From: a virus
Reading direction: 5' to 3' (one strand)
Length of the DNA stretch: 64,000 bases
Virus record (IMG/VR): IMGVR_UViG_3300017963_000033
Span: 15,320-79,319 of that record
Below, piece after piece: positions 38,763 to 47,822 of this stretch; the stretch's first letter is position 1, and every line of letters starts with the position of its first letter. The notes beneath the pieces were generated by a model. The model was given only the letters and a program-made list of their open reading frames with translations. It made no database searches and had not been told where the DNA came from. The position numbers and the translations under genes were made by a program.

Positions 38763-39499
38763 ACCTCCCACGGGGCCAGCAGGCCATCCTTGCGCATCTT
38801 TTCCACATCTCCCGGCTCAATTTCAGCCGTCAGTAGTTTTCCCGAGTCCCCCCCGCGCATGGCCAGACATACGCGAAGCGGCCATTGTCTAGTGCCCAGG
38901 ACGATGACCTCCTGGTAATGCGACAGCCGCACGGTTCCCTGTAACTCGACTTCGTGGGGCGATTCCCCAGGAATCAGGACCTGGCGCAGGTGCTGCTTAC
39001 GCCAGAACCCCGGCATCAAACTCAGGTGGTAGGGTGAACCCGGCATCGACTTGACCAGGTCCAAGCGGCCCACGTGCCCGTAGGCTTGCATCCCCATGGC
39101 ATAGAGCCGGTCCCCACAAACATCCATCTTGGCGACGTACTCAAATTGGAGCATGTAGCGGTAGAGGATGTCCAGGGCCTCGCTGTCCACCGGCCTGATG
39201 GGCCACATATCCTCCAGGAGCAGCAGAAAGACCTCCTCCTGCCGCTCATCCAGAAACTTGATGAGGGCATCAGACCACTTGTCGAATGGATACATTTCCT
39301 GGGGTCCGATGCTGTGGAAGGTCCAGGATTCTGGCAGGTCAAAGGTGGGCTGGCTGAATCCTCCCACCACGACCTTGGGCATGGGTTTCCAGTATCGCTC
39401 CATCAGCCACGCGAGGGGCCTGAGCGCCGGCAGGTACTTGTCGCATGTCGTGACAAAGATGGTGTACTCAGCCACGACCACCCCCAAACCGCGCCTCAT
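38759..39499 (-). CDS. putative GT-A fold glycosyltransferase
   Basis: TCDKY, WSD.L, LLLLED, FWRK, ESPHEVE. Confidence 0.55.
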   Translation of the reverse strand: MRRGLGVVVAEYTIFVTTCDKYLPALRPLAWLMERYWKPMPKVVVGGFSQPTFDLPESWTFHSIGPQEMYPFDKWSDALIKFLDERQEEVFLLLLEDMWPIRPVDSEALDILYRYMLQFEYVAKMDVCGDRLYAMGMQAYGHVGRLDLVKSMPGSPYHLSLMPGFWRKQHLRQVLIPGESPHEVELQGTVRLSHYQEVIVLGTRQWPLRVCLAMRGGDSGKLLTAEIEPGDVEKMRKDGLLAPWEV

Positions 39500-40499
39500 A
39501 GTCTGCGAACATATCCCGCAGGGTGGTTTCCATCGGCGTATCTGGTATCCATCCTAGTAGGTCCCTGAGCCGTGTGGTGTCGGGGGCGCGTCTGGCGTGT
39601 CCATCCGGTTTGCTGGTGTCGAATTGATAGGCGATGTCTTTGCCCGAGAGGGTCACAATCGACTGGACAAGGTCGGAGATCCTGATCTCCTGCCTGTGCC
39701 CGATGTTGATTGGCCCAGCGTCCCACGCCGCTTGGCAATAGGCCAGGCGCACGAGAGCCCTGGCGATGTCTCTGACATCAACCAATGTGCGTGTTTGATT
39801 GCCGCTGCCCCAGACTTTCAGCGGATTCTCTCCCTCCATGACGCGCCTGATCAAGGCCGGCGCAACGTGGGACGCATTGGGTTCGTAGTGATCTCTTGGT
39901 CCAAAGACGTTAAAAAGGCGCACGATGACGCACGGGACATTGTGCTCTCTGTAAAGGTGCCGCACCATCTGCTCCCCTACCCACTTGGCGATTCCATAGC
40001 CATGGTTTGTGGGCTCTGGATTGCAGATGTCGCCCGCGCTTTCTGGTGTCGGGACCGGCGCGTCCCCCGGATAGACACAGGCAGTGCTGATATAGACAAA
40101 CAGACGTGGTTTGCAGATTCGCACCGAGTCGATCATCGACTGGTTGATGGCCAGGTTCGCCCGCAGCATCTCGTATTGGTTGCGCCGGTTGTACTCGATG
40201 CCGGCAACCTTGGCTGCCAGGTGCCAGACCACGTCCGTTGGCTTACAAGGATAGCCAGTATGTTCAAGGTTCCGGGGCTGCAATCGTACCTGCCCCGTTT
40301 TCATGGACCCATACAGGTTGTCCATCTTTCCTCGGGAAAAGTCATCAACCACGGTTACGCTGTGGTGGATGTCCACCAGGGCATCTACCAGATGGGACCC
40401 GATGAATCCAGCTCCCCCAGTGACGATGTGATTGCCGCCACTTGGAGGCACATCCCCTTCCCACTGCGGCAACGGTGTCGCAGTCGTTCTGTCTCCCAT
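39468..40499 (-). CDS. NAD-dependent epimerase/reductase, GDP-fucose synthase/ColC-like
   Basis: TGGAGFIG, STACVYP, YGIAK, SHVAPAL, VWGSG, KPDG. Confidence 0.85.
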   Translation of the reverse strand: MGDRTTATPLPQWEGDVPPSGGNHIVTGGAGFIGSHLVDALVDIHHSVTVVDDFSRGKMDNLYGSMKTGQVRLQPRNLEHTGYPCKPTDVVWHLAAKVAGIEYNRRNQYEMLRANLAINQSMIDSVRICKPRLFVYISTACVYPGDAPVPTPESAGDICNPEPTNHGYGIAKWVGEQMVRHLYREHNVPCVIVRLFNVFGPRDHYEPNASHVAPALIRRVMEGENPLKVWGSGNQTRTLVDVRDIARALVRLAYCQAAWDAGPINIGHRQEIRISDLVQSIVTLSGKDIAYQFDTSKPDGHARRAPDTTRLRDLLGWIPDTPMETTLRDMFADYEARFGGGRG

Positions 40500-40680
40500 T
40501 TCTGTCTCCTTTCTCAAACGGGGGTGGTGCAGAAAGGAGACTCAAAATCACCACCCCCGCGACTTGCCCCGAAGGGCAAGCATGATTCCCAACCGCCCGG
40601 ACAATCTCCTTTCTTGGCGGCATTCACCTTTTGAAGGGGAGGATCAGTTGCCTGACCCTCCCATCATCACGGTTCAACTA
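40500..40680 (-). promoter_or_regulatory. structured intercistronic RNA with anti-SD and decoy SD
   Basis: four hairpins (GCAA and UUCG tetraloops); loop GTCTCCTTTCT complementary to the SD AGAAAGGAGAC and to a second copy in another loop. Confidence 0.65.
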
Positions 40681-40683
40681 CAA

Positions 40684-42117
40684 CTACCGCTGGCCACCAG
40701 GGAACCAGACCGCGTAGCGCGTCCCAGCCGTCCGGTAGCTCACGCCACCATCAACATGGTACGGGCTGGAGAAGTCAGGTTCGCGCAGGTGCTGGAGCGG
40801 CGTGTAGCGCACATTCTGGAGCGCACCAGCAAGCTGGGGCGTCCTCAACACCACACGCTGTTCCGTCTTGAGCGATAGGCTGTAGCACCATCGCTGTTCC
40901 AGGTACGACCAGGAATATGCGCCGGCATCGGTGTGGAACCAGGACTGCCGGTTCCGCAACTGCGCCTCATCGGCAGCCGCCTGCCGATAATCCACATACT
41001 CCCGATACGTCACCGGGAACCCGCCGTTGACCGTGATCGGCACGGCGTAGATGGTGCTGGCAAACTCGCCGGCTGCCAGGTTGGCGTTGTTGGCGTTGTT
41101 GTGCTCAAAGATGCCGGTGTCCTCGATGACATCGTACCAGATGCCGTTGATGGGGATCTGGTTGCGGGTGCGCATGTCGTCGCGCATCTGGACGTTGACA
41201 TTGTCGTTGATGACGGCAGCGTTGTAGCCCACTTGGGCCGTTTTGCAGCGATTGGTCAGGTAGGAGCAAGGCCAGCAGGCCGACAGCTCGAACCACAACT
41301 GGGGACGCATGGCGAGGACCCAGCGCACCGGCTGCAAGCCAGTGTCGGTGGCCAGCGATTCCAGGTAGTACATCATCGCGCTCAGGTACTCGACAATCTC
41401 CAGCGTGGTGCCGCACACGTCGTTGTAGGCAAAGTTCTTGATGTCCGAGTCCAGCGAGGCGCAGGCACCGCCACTGGCAGCATCCACCTGCCCGGTGGCA
41501 ATCTGCACCGTCAGTCCGGGGAAGGTCCCGGCAGCCACAGTGCCCTGCCATAGGTCGGTGTGCAGGGCCATCTCCATGTACGCGCCTGTTTTCAGCATCT
41601 CCATCTTGGTGATGACATTCAGCGCGTCCTCGGTTGTGATGTTGCCTGGGGTGAGGTTGGTGCCTCCGAGAACAGCATCCCCGACGAATCGCAGGTCTCG
41701 GAAGTCGCCCCGGTTGATCCGCAACATCACCTTGTCCATCTCGATCTCCTGGGTATCGAACCTCTTGAGACCGAAATAGGCGGTCAGTTGGCACCCTTTT
41801 TCGTAGCCTGTTGGGGCCGCCGCACAGGCGTTGGTCGGCTGGGTGCCGCTCGGGGCCGTAAAGCCGGTCAGCGTCCAATACCTGGGGTCCTCGTCCACGG
41901 ACGGGAACAGCGGCAGGACGCTGGAAATCGACTTGGGCCTGACATAGGTGCTGAACACATCGGGTTCCGCACCGAGTTGGGCAAAGACACCGCCGAGGCC
42001 ATGCAGCTTCTGGGCCGTCATCACCCCGCCTGCGGTGTGTTTTTGCAGGTCCATCTCCTTGCGGAATTCCGTAATGCTTTTCTCCAGAAAGTCCATGAAC
42101 AGTAGATCGTTACTCAT
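40684..42117 (-). CDS. major capsid protein
   Basis: size, position after protease/scaffold, strong codon bias, LWQG..FPGL and EQRVVLRTPQLAG motifs. Confidence 0.8.
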   Translation of the reverse strand: MSNDLLFMDFLEKSITEFRKEMDLQKHTAGGVMTAQKLHGLGGVFAQLGAEPDVFSTYVRPKSISSVLPLFPSVDEDPRYWTLTGFTAPSGTQPTNACAAAPTGYEKGCQLTAYFGLKRFDTQEIEMDKVMLRINRGDFRDLRFVGDAVLGGTNLTPGNITTEDALNVITKMEMLKTGAYMEMALHTDLWQGTVAAGTFPGLTVQIATGQVDAASGGACASLDSDIKNFAYNDVCGTTLEIVEYLSAMMYYLESLATDTGLQPVRWVLAMRPQLWFELSACWPCSYLTNRCKTAQVGYNAAVINDNVNVQMRDDMRTRNQIPINGIWYDVIEDTGIFEHNNANNANLAAGEFASTIYAVPITVNGGFPVTYREYVDYRQAAADEAQLRNRQSWFHTDAGAYSWSYLEQRWCYSLSLKTEQRVVLRTPQLAGALQNVRYTPLQHLREPDFSSPYHVDGGVSYRTAGTRYAVWFPGGQR

Positions 42118-42118
42118 G

Positions 42119-43672
42119 TTAGCCTCCGTGGCCTCTCTGGGCAGCCATCAACTCGTTGATGAACGGGACATGGGTCTGCCCTCGCTGCCCATCAGTCGCC
42201 AAGGTCTCGGTTGGGCCGCTTTTGGCGAGGCTGGTCCTGCCGTCCACGGCGGTTTCATCTGCTCCAATCACAGAGCCAATCAGGCTGGTGAGGCTGTGGG
42301 CCGGCGTCAGCGTCAAGACATCCTTGACCTTTTGCTCGTCCTCCCTCTGGAGGGACTTGAGTTCTTTGGTCATGCCTGCCAGTTCGGCCTTGAGCGCGGC
42401 GACATCATCCACCAGCGGTTTCAGGAATGCTCCAACCGCTTCCGCGACCTCGGATGCGGTCACGTAGACGGGTTCCTCGGCAACGGGGGCCTCCTTGTCC
42501 TCTTCGGGTTCCTGGGTTTCCTGAGCCTCTTCGGTTTCCTGCTCTTGAAGCTCTTCGGCCTCAGTATCCTCTGCCTCTTTGGACTCGACCTTGCCGGCGA
42601 GTTCCTTTTCTGTTTCTTCCAGTTGGCGCTCCAGGTTCGCAACCCCCTCCTCTCCCATCACCTGCTCAAGGAAAGGCCGCTTGTTCTCTGGCACTGCCAT
42701 GGTTTCCTCCTTCACTACTCTGAATCCAGTTGCATGTTTGTTTGCAGCCGCCCAAGCTGGTAGGGGGCTGATCTCGCGTGACCTGTAGCGCGTGATGATT
42801 GTTGGATCTTCTGTATCGCGCTGGACCTGCGAGGCCGGCATCCCATGCGAGGTTCCAAGGTCAACCATTTCTGCCAAGCTCTTGGCAATGTGCTCCTTGC
42901 CCTCGTCAAAGGTTCCACTGGCCAACGCAAAGCCATTGTCGTCATAGGCTACCCAGTCAGCCGCCCCCGACCGAGTGCCACCCACATGCCAAAGCCACAG
43001 CTCGGGCATGGGCCATTCCCCCGAGTCCACTGCCTTGACGAACTCCTGGTGAGCTGTCGAGGCGATGATCTCTGGGGGATTGTCCTCATCTCTGAATTTG
43101 TTGCTATAGACAGCCAGCCAGCGGTATTGCTCGGTGGCCTTGTCTTTGAAAACCATGAAAGGATGGGGAGACTCTTTGGTGTCCCACTCCATGTCCTCGG
43201 AGGCATAGAGCCGTTTCAGCTTGCGGAGGGCTTCTTGTTTCCCTGGGCCTTCGTACCGATTGCCCCGAAACCCCCCTGCGGAGGTCAAGGCCGCTTTGGC
43301 TGCCGCCATGAGACGATGGTCTGGGGTGCCGTTCTTTTTGACCGGGAGATGCCAGGTGGATGGTTTCTGAGGGTCCTCTATGACAAGGTAGTCGCCGGCA
43401 GGTCGTTTTTCGCCTCCCTCTGTTTTCATGGGGGTCGCCTTTTCAAGGCCGAGCGCGTCTCTGACCTTTTGCAGAATGGCGCTGTCGGCAAGCAAGTCAG
43501 CCAGCACCCTCTTTTTCTCAGATACATCGGCCTCTTTCTTGTCCTCTTCCCACATCGAGTAGCAGACAGCCGCCGCCTGTTTTTGGTCTTTGGCGGTGCC
43601 GTCCTCCAGCACGAGGGGGATGCAGCGACTGACAAAGTCCTTTTGTGATTCGTTTTCTCCTGGCGTTGGCAT
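42119..43672 (-). CDS. prohead protease/scaffold fusion
   Basis: ESQKDFVSRC N-domain; LWLWH, GTSHG, EIS protease-like motifs; acidic coiled coil. Confidence 0.7.
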   Translation of the reverse strand: MPTPGENESQKDFVSRCIPLVLEDGTAKDQKQAAAVCYSMWEEDKKEADVSEKKRVLADLLADSAILQKVRDALGLEKATPMKTEGGEKRPAGDYLVIEDPQKPSTWHLPVKKNGTPDHRLMAAAKAALTSAGGFRGNRYEGPGKQEALRKLKRLYASEDMEWDTKESPHPFMVFKDKATEQYRWLAVYSNKFRDEDNPPEIIASTAHQEFVKAVDSGEWPMPELWLWHVGGTRSGAADWVAYDDNGFALASGTFDEGKEHIAKSLAEMVDLGTSHGMPASQVQRDTEDPTIITRYRSREISPLPAWAAANKHATGFRVVKEETMAVPENKRPFLEQVMGEEGVANLERQLEETEKELAGKVESKEAEDTEAEELQEQETEEAQETQEPEEDKEAPVAEEPVYVTASEVAEAVGAFLKPLVDDVAALKAELAGMTKELKSLQREDEQKVKDVLTLTPAHSLTSLIGSVIGADETAVDGRTSLAKSGPTETLATDGQRGQTHVPFINELMAAQRGHGG

Positions 43673-43679
43673 GGTTCTA

Positions 43680-43775
43680 CTCCCACAACACAAAAAGCCG
43701 CCCCTCGGGCGACCAGAGATTCCCTATCGCCACAAAGAAGCGGCCCACCTTTCGGCCAGCCATGTGCTTTTCTGT
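43680..43775 (-). promoter_or_regulatory. leader attenuator of the head operon
   Basis: GCCGCTTC..GGGGCGGC+TTTTT terminator overlapped by an upstream GAAA-loop hairpin. Confidence 0.55.
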
Positions 43776-43782
43776 CAACTAC

Positions 43783-43811
43783 ATTATAGCCTATGACTGG
43801 CGTTTTGTCAA
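43783..43811 (-). promoter_or_regulatory. consensus sigma70 promoter
   Basis: TTGACA-17-TATAAT. Confidence 0.85.
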
Positions 43812-43817
43812 GACAGT

Positions 43818-43997
43818 TTAGCCCTGGTCTTTGCACCCCTCCCGCAGGACGCGCTTGCCGGCCTTGCGCAGGTCGGCGGTTGTGGTGTCATGCCCCAGTT
43901 TCGTTTTCTCTATGAGACAGACCATCTGGAGGAGGAGGCTGCGCAGTTCCTGCCAGAACTGCTCATCCTGGGTGTGGCAGTCGCCGTTACAAGCCAT
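43818..43997 (-). CDS. 59-aa hypothetical protein (below the ORF-track cutoff)
   Basis: MACNGDCHTQDEQFWQELRSLLL...; start coupled to the upstream stop. Confidence 0.5.
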   Translation of the reverse strand: MACNGDCHTQDEQFWQELRSLLLQMVCLIEKTKLGHDTTTADLRKAGKRVLREGCKDQG

Positions 43998-45559
43998 CAG
44001 CAGCCACCAACTTGAGAACCGGCGTCTTGACCCGTTCCCGCTTGGTAGAGGGCAACAGTGCCATAACTTACTCCACCAATGCGGAATGGAAAGTTGGCAT
44101 TACAAAAGATGTTATTGTTGCTTGCCCAGGTAGGGGCCACAAACCAATCATAGACGCGCCAGGTTAGAGACCACCATGTATTCTGTCCCAAGGTGACATT
44201 CGCCCCGGCGTGTTGGATCACGAGCCCGTTGCAACCGCTCGTGCTTGGATTGGTGATTTCACAGTTGTTGATTGTTACTGTCGCTGCCTGAGTAATCTGC
44301 CACAGGATTCCAGTCGTGGTGTTGGTCAGGTTGATGATAAGATCGTCAATGTCCACGGTAACGGCAGCCTGGATGGTCATCACCCGGTCAAAAGGATGGA
44401 CACTACCGTCGTTTGTGACCGGGTTTGTCCCCTCAATAGTCACGGTTGAGCCGTTGACAAGGATGGCACGACCGCAGTTTGTAAATGTGCAATCTCGGAT
44501 GAGGGAGTTGGGCGTGTTCCCAGCAACGGTGATACCTGTCCATAGATTCTCACAGGTACATCCATCATGGACAACATCCCCCATACCCCCTATCCCGCAG
44601 TGTCCATAAAAGCCACCCTCCCCACCCCGGAGAAGGTCATCAGCCGATGTAGTACAATCTGTATAAGTTGTACCCAGTCCTTCCCCAACCGCAGAATAGT
44701 ATACAAACATGGCCCCCACGCCTTCGGTCCAATAGGCATTGTGGGCTACACAGTCAGTCAGGGTGGTTCCATCCTCAGTCAAAAAATTATGTGCCGAGCC
44801 ATCGGTGGCCCAGCAATCATTCAGGGCTGAGTTCTTGCCAACCTCCAGGGAGCCATCCTCGTGGAGATTGCGTTGGGTGTGGACACTGGTGATGGTGCAG
44901 GCATAACTCCTTCCCGTGAGACCATACCTGCGTTGTGTGTACTCGTAGGTGGACCCATTGGTCGCCGGGTTGTCGCTGCCTTCTGTATGGACATAGAGGG
45001 TGACCGTTCCCGCACCCTCCGCGCTTAGAACATAACTGTCTGGGGTGGTGTCACAGGTAGCGATATTGGCCACCCGGACCATGTTGATGCCATCCTCGTA
45101 GACATTCACATAGTCCTTGCCGGCACCAACCCAGTTTGGCGTGATGGAGCATTCATAGACGTTTGTGCGGCCCGCCGTCTTGGACCACTGCCCTGCCGTG
45201 ATGACATCCGAGGCATCCAAAAGTGGTCTATTCCCCGTGCCATAGGCAAAGATGGGACAGCCAATGCCGGGGACATCCATCTGCTCCCGCCAATGAGATC
45301 CACGCGCCAGGGCAACAGACTCTCCAGCAACCCAAACAGATTCCAGTTGGGCAATCGTTCGGAACGCCTGGCTGGGAGACTTGCCACTGTTGGCATCATT
45401 GCCATTAACCGAGTCTACAAACCAATTGGCAATCTCTGCCCCGGCCCTTTGGCGATGTCTGACCGGCTTGTGTTCATGTTTTCGAGGGCCTATTTGTAGA
45501 AAAGATGGAGATCCTACGATGGGCACCAATTTGAAAAATCCCCTCCTGGAAATGAACAT
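43997..45559 (-). CDS. right-handed beta-helix virion appendage/depolymerase-like protein (start probably ~45526)
   Basis: FVDSVNGNDANSGKSPSQAFRTI, parallel beta-helix repeats, YQAGTGQDAGS end. Confidence 0.7.
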   Translation of the reverse strand: MFISRRGFFKLVPIVGSPSFLQIGPRKHEHKPVRHRQRAGAEIANWFVDSVNGNDANSGKSPSQAFRTIAQLESVWVAGESVALARGSHWREQMDVPGIGCPIFAYGTGNRPLLDASDVITAGQWSKTAGRTNVYECSITPNWVGAGKDYVNVYEDGINMVRVANIATCDTTPDSYVLSAEGAGTVTLYVHTEGSDNPATNGSTYEYTQRRYGLTGRSYACTITSVHTQRNLHEDGSLEVGKNSALNDCWATDGSAHNFLTEDGTTLTDCVAHNAYWTEGVGAMFVYYSAVGEGLGTTYTDCTTSADDLLRGGEGGFYGHCGIGGMGDVVHDGCTCENLWTGITVAGNTPNSLIRDCTFTNCGRAILVNGSTVTIEGTNPVTNDGSVHPFDRVMTIQAAVTVDIDDLIINLTNTTTGILWQITQAATVTINNCEITNPSTSGCNGLVIQHAGANVTLGQNTWWSLTWRVYDWFVAPTWASNNNIFCNANFPFRIGGVSYGTVALYQAGTGQDAGSQVGGC

Positions 45560-45565
45560 ACCAAT

Positions 45566-46276
45566 TTATAAGGCCGCCATCGCTGTATAGACTGTCAAAA
45601 ATTGTGCATCAGTTAGAACACAATCATAAATCACGAAAGCGGGAATGATGCAATCTTGGAACCCTGCTGCCGCCCCGCCGTTATCAACACATCCAATATA
45701 GGTTGTCGTCGTTGGCTGCCCGGTATATGCAGGAAGAGGGGTGCCAATGGGTGCCCCATTTCTATATGCTGTATTCCCCGCTACTCCAAGATTCCCCGCC
45801 GCAGTGTTTGGGGCAGCAGCCATGAACCCATTGCCGTTATGGTAGACCGAATTTGCACCAGATAGCGGGATACACCCAAACCGCTGAGTGCCAGAGATGT
45901 TCTGTAGTAATCCCCAAACCCAACGACCACTGATTGTCGCTCCCGAAAACTGACACAATACAGATTGGGATTGGTCATTCTGGGGAATGAACCCGGTATC
46001 TAGCCATTGAGTAGAACCATTAAACTGCCATCCCCCCGCTACAAGCGTGGGTGCCACTCCGGGCGCGGCATGATTCCCATTTCCCGACAAGTCAAGGTAA
46101 CTTGTCGCCAGGTCAGCCGCCCCTTTCGGTTTATAGGCGGCCCAAACGCAAAGCCCCTCCTCGTTTGGGTCCCACCATGGCGGAATGACTTCACCAGCTA
46201 CGCCATCCCACACCAGGACAGGACGATGCCGCTGGGATCTACCTAGATACAATGGGGAAGATGAAATCACCGGCAT
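45566..46276 (-). CDS. LamG/ConA-like virion protein
   Basis: DLSGNGNHA, WQFNGSTQWLDTG, YRNG, IYDCVLT. Confidence 0.7.
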   Translation of the reverse strand: MPVISSSPLYLGRSQRHRPVLVWDGVAGEVIPPWWDPNEEGLCVWAAYKPKGAADLATSYLDLSGNGNHAAPGVAPTLVAGGWQFNGSTQWLDTGFIPQNDQSQSVLCQFSGATISGRWVWGLLQNISGTQRFGCIPLSGANSVYHNGNGFMAAAPNTAAGNLGVAGNTAYRNGAPIGTPLPAYTGQPTTTTYIGCVDNGGAAAGFQDCIIPAFVIYDCVLTDAQFLTVYTAMAAL

Positions 46277-46292
46277 TTACACATCTCCCCAG

Positions 46293-46628
46293 CTATACCT
46301 CTTTCCAGAACTGGATATGGGCTATGGCTCCATTCGTGTCGCTGTAGATGGAGATGGACTGAAAGTCGGAAATAGGACCAATCGAGCGTCCGCCCCCATC
46401 GGGGATGAATCCGGGGCTGTTTGTGCCAGCCGTTGGCGAGTTGATGGCATAGTAGATGTTCCCACCGTTGGCGTCGATTGATATGGTATCGGCCTCGCTG
46501 GGTGGGGTGATCTGCTGGCTCACTACCCCATTCAGCGGGTAGGCATTGCTGCCATTGGCGATATAGAGCCACGCCGGCAGTTGGGTTTGGGTCTTGCCCG
46601 GAAGTCTTTCTGCTCCTGGCTTTGACAT
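46293..46628 (-). CDS. small beta-rich virion protein
   Basis: SD AGGAGG; head region. Confidence 0.6.
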   Translation of the reverse strand: MSKPGAERLPGKTQTQLPAWLYIANGSNAYPLNGVVSQQITPPSEADTISIDANGGNIYYAINSPTAGTNSPGFIPDGGGRSIGPISDFQSISIYSDTNGAIAHIQFWKEV

Positions 46629-46638
46629 GGGTTCCTCC

Positions 46639-47163
46639 TTATGCTAATCCCCTGGTCACCGCATCCTGCACATCCCGTGCAAGAGGGCCAATCAATTTCT
46701 CACCCAGGGCAATGGACCACTCCCTGGGTTCCCGGATGCCTGGGTGATCGACCTGTGAAAAATTCGTGACAGGTCCATACTTCTTTCGCTGGCTGGAGCC
46801 AAAATGACGTTTGCGGGTGGCAGCCTTGTAGCTGTTGCCCCGTCCCTGAAACGGAAATCTCAGGTAGGGCGCGTTGCGAGGCCCAAACCTTTTCCCCTTG
46901 GACCCCTCGTCAATCCGCCGCCACTTCATCACCAATTCTGCCGATCCTCCCGGCCCTATCCACAGATACAGACTCCCGGCCTGTCGCCAGGCCAGGTGGG
47001 TAAAGATGGGTGCCCCCTCGGTCCAGGAGGAGGTTGTTTTCTCAAACTGCTTTTGCCCATATTTCCCCACCTTGTCCAGAACACCCCCGACCTCTTTCTG
47101 GACCTTGGGCACATTCAGCGCCTGCTTGGGGATGATGGCCTTGGCATAGATGGTGAACGGCAT
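46639..47163 (-). CDS. HK97 gp10-like neck/tail completion protein
   Basis: IDEGSK..YLRF..VDHPGI.PREW. Confidence 0.6.
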   Translation of the reverse strand: MPFTIYAKAIIPKQALNVPKVQKEVGGVLDKVGKYGQKQFEKTTSSWTEGAPIFTHLAWRQAGSLYLWIGPGGSAELVMKWRRIDEGSKGKRFGPRNAPYLRFPFQGRGNSYKAATRKRHFGSSQRKKYGPVTNFSQVDHPGIREPREWSIALGEKLIGPLARDVQDAVTRGLA

Positions 47164-47171
47164 GAGCCTGC

Positions 47172-47822
47172 CTACCCTGCATACCCGTGGCAGCCCCAGA
47201 AAAAGCTGACGGTGCTGCCATTGGTCGCGTTCCATACCTGGACCCATATCTTGGTGCCCACATCCACCCTGGGCATTCGCCCTTCGGCAGGAAGGCCCGA
47301 GCTGAATGGACCCCCGCTGGTGATAAACATTCCCTCTGACCACTGTCCCGCACTGATGGCCGCCGCGCTGGTGCCGGTGCCATAGATCAGCCTGATTCTG
47401 TAGGGCGTCGAGTGATCGGTATCTGTGACCAGGACGGTGTGCGCGTCAAACTTCACATAGGTACTAATAGTCGGATTGTCGCCCGTCCCGCAGATGGGAA
47501 TGGCGGTGCCCCAGGTGTTGTTGCCGCTGGTAGCCACGAATGGCCTATTGACGTTAGCCTCGATGGCATTGGTTTCATCTGGCGCGGCTACGGCCCCCCA
47601 CCAGCGTTCCCGACTGTGGAAATGCTTTTCAATCTCGTGGACCCGATAGGCCAAAGAATTGCTGGTGCCGGCCAGGCCATCGGTGGACGCGCTGTCAATC
47701 TTCAAGATTTCAGGACTATCCACCCCCTGTGCAGCGAGGATAGCAGCCACATCAGCCTGGAGCTGCGCAACGGCAGCCTCCATGGCCCCAATATCATAGG
47801 CCAGTACAATCTGTCCCATCAT
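47172..47822 (-). CDS. putative head decoration protein
   Basis: coiled coil plus beta domain, coupled to portal. Confidence 0.5.
   Translation of the reverse strand: MMGQIVLAYDIGAMEAAVAQLQADVAAILAAQGVDSPEILKIDSASTDGLAGTSNSLAYRVHEIEKHFHSRERWWGAVAAPDETNAIEANVNRPFVATSGNNTWGTAIPICGTGDNPTISTYVKFDAHTVLVTDTDHSTPYRIRLIYGTGTSAAAISAGQWSEGMFITSGGPFSSGLPAEGRMPRVDVGTKIWVQVWNATNGSTVSFFWGCHGYAG

Noticed and set aside
45527-45559. Tat-like motif SRRGFFK on the beta-helix protein
   Set aside because: SRRG is the translation of the SD (TCCAGGAGGGGA) for a downstream TTG/GTG start; there is no h-region or cleavage site
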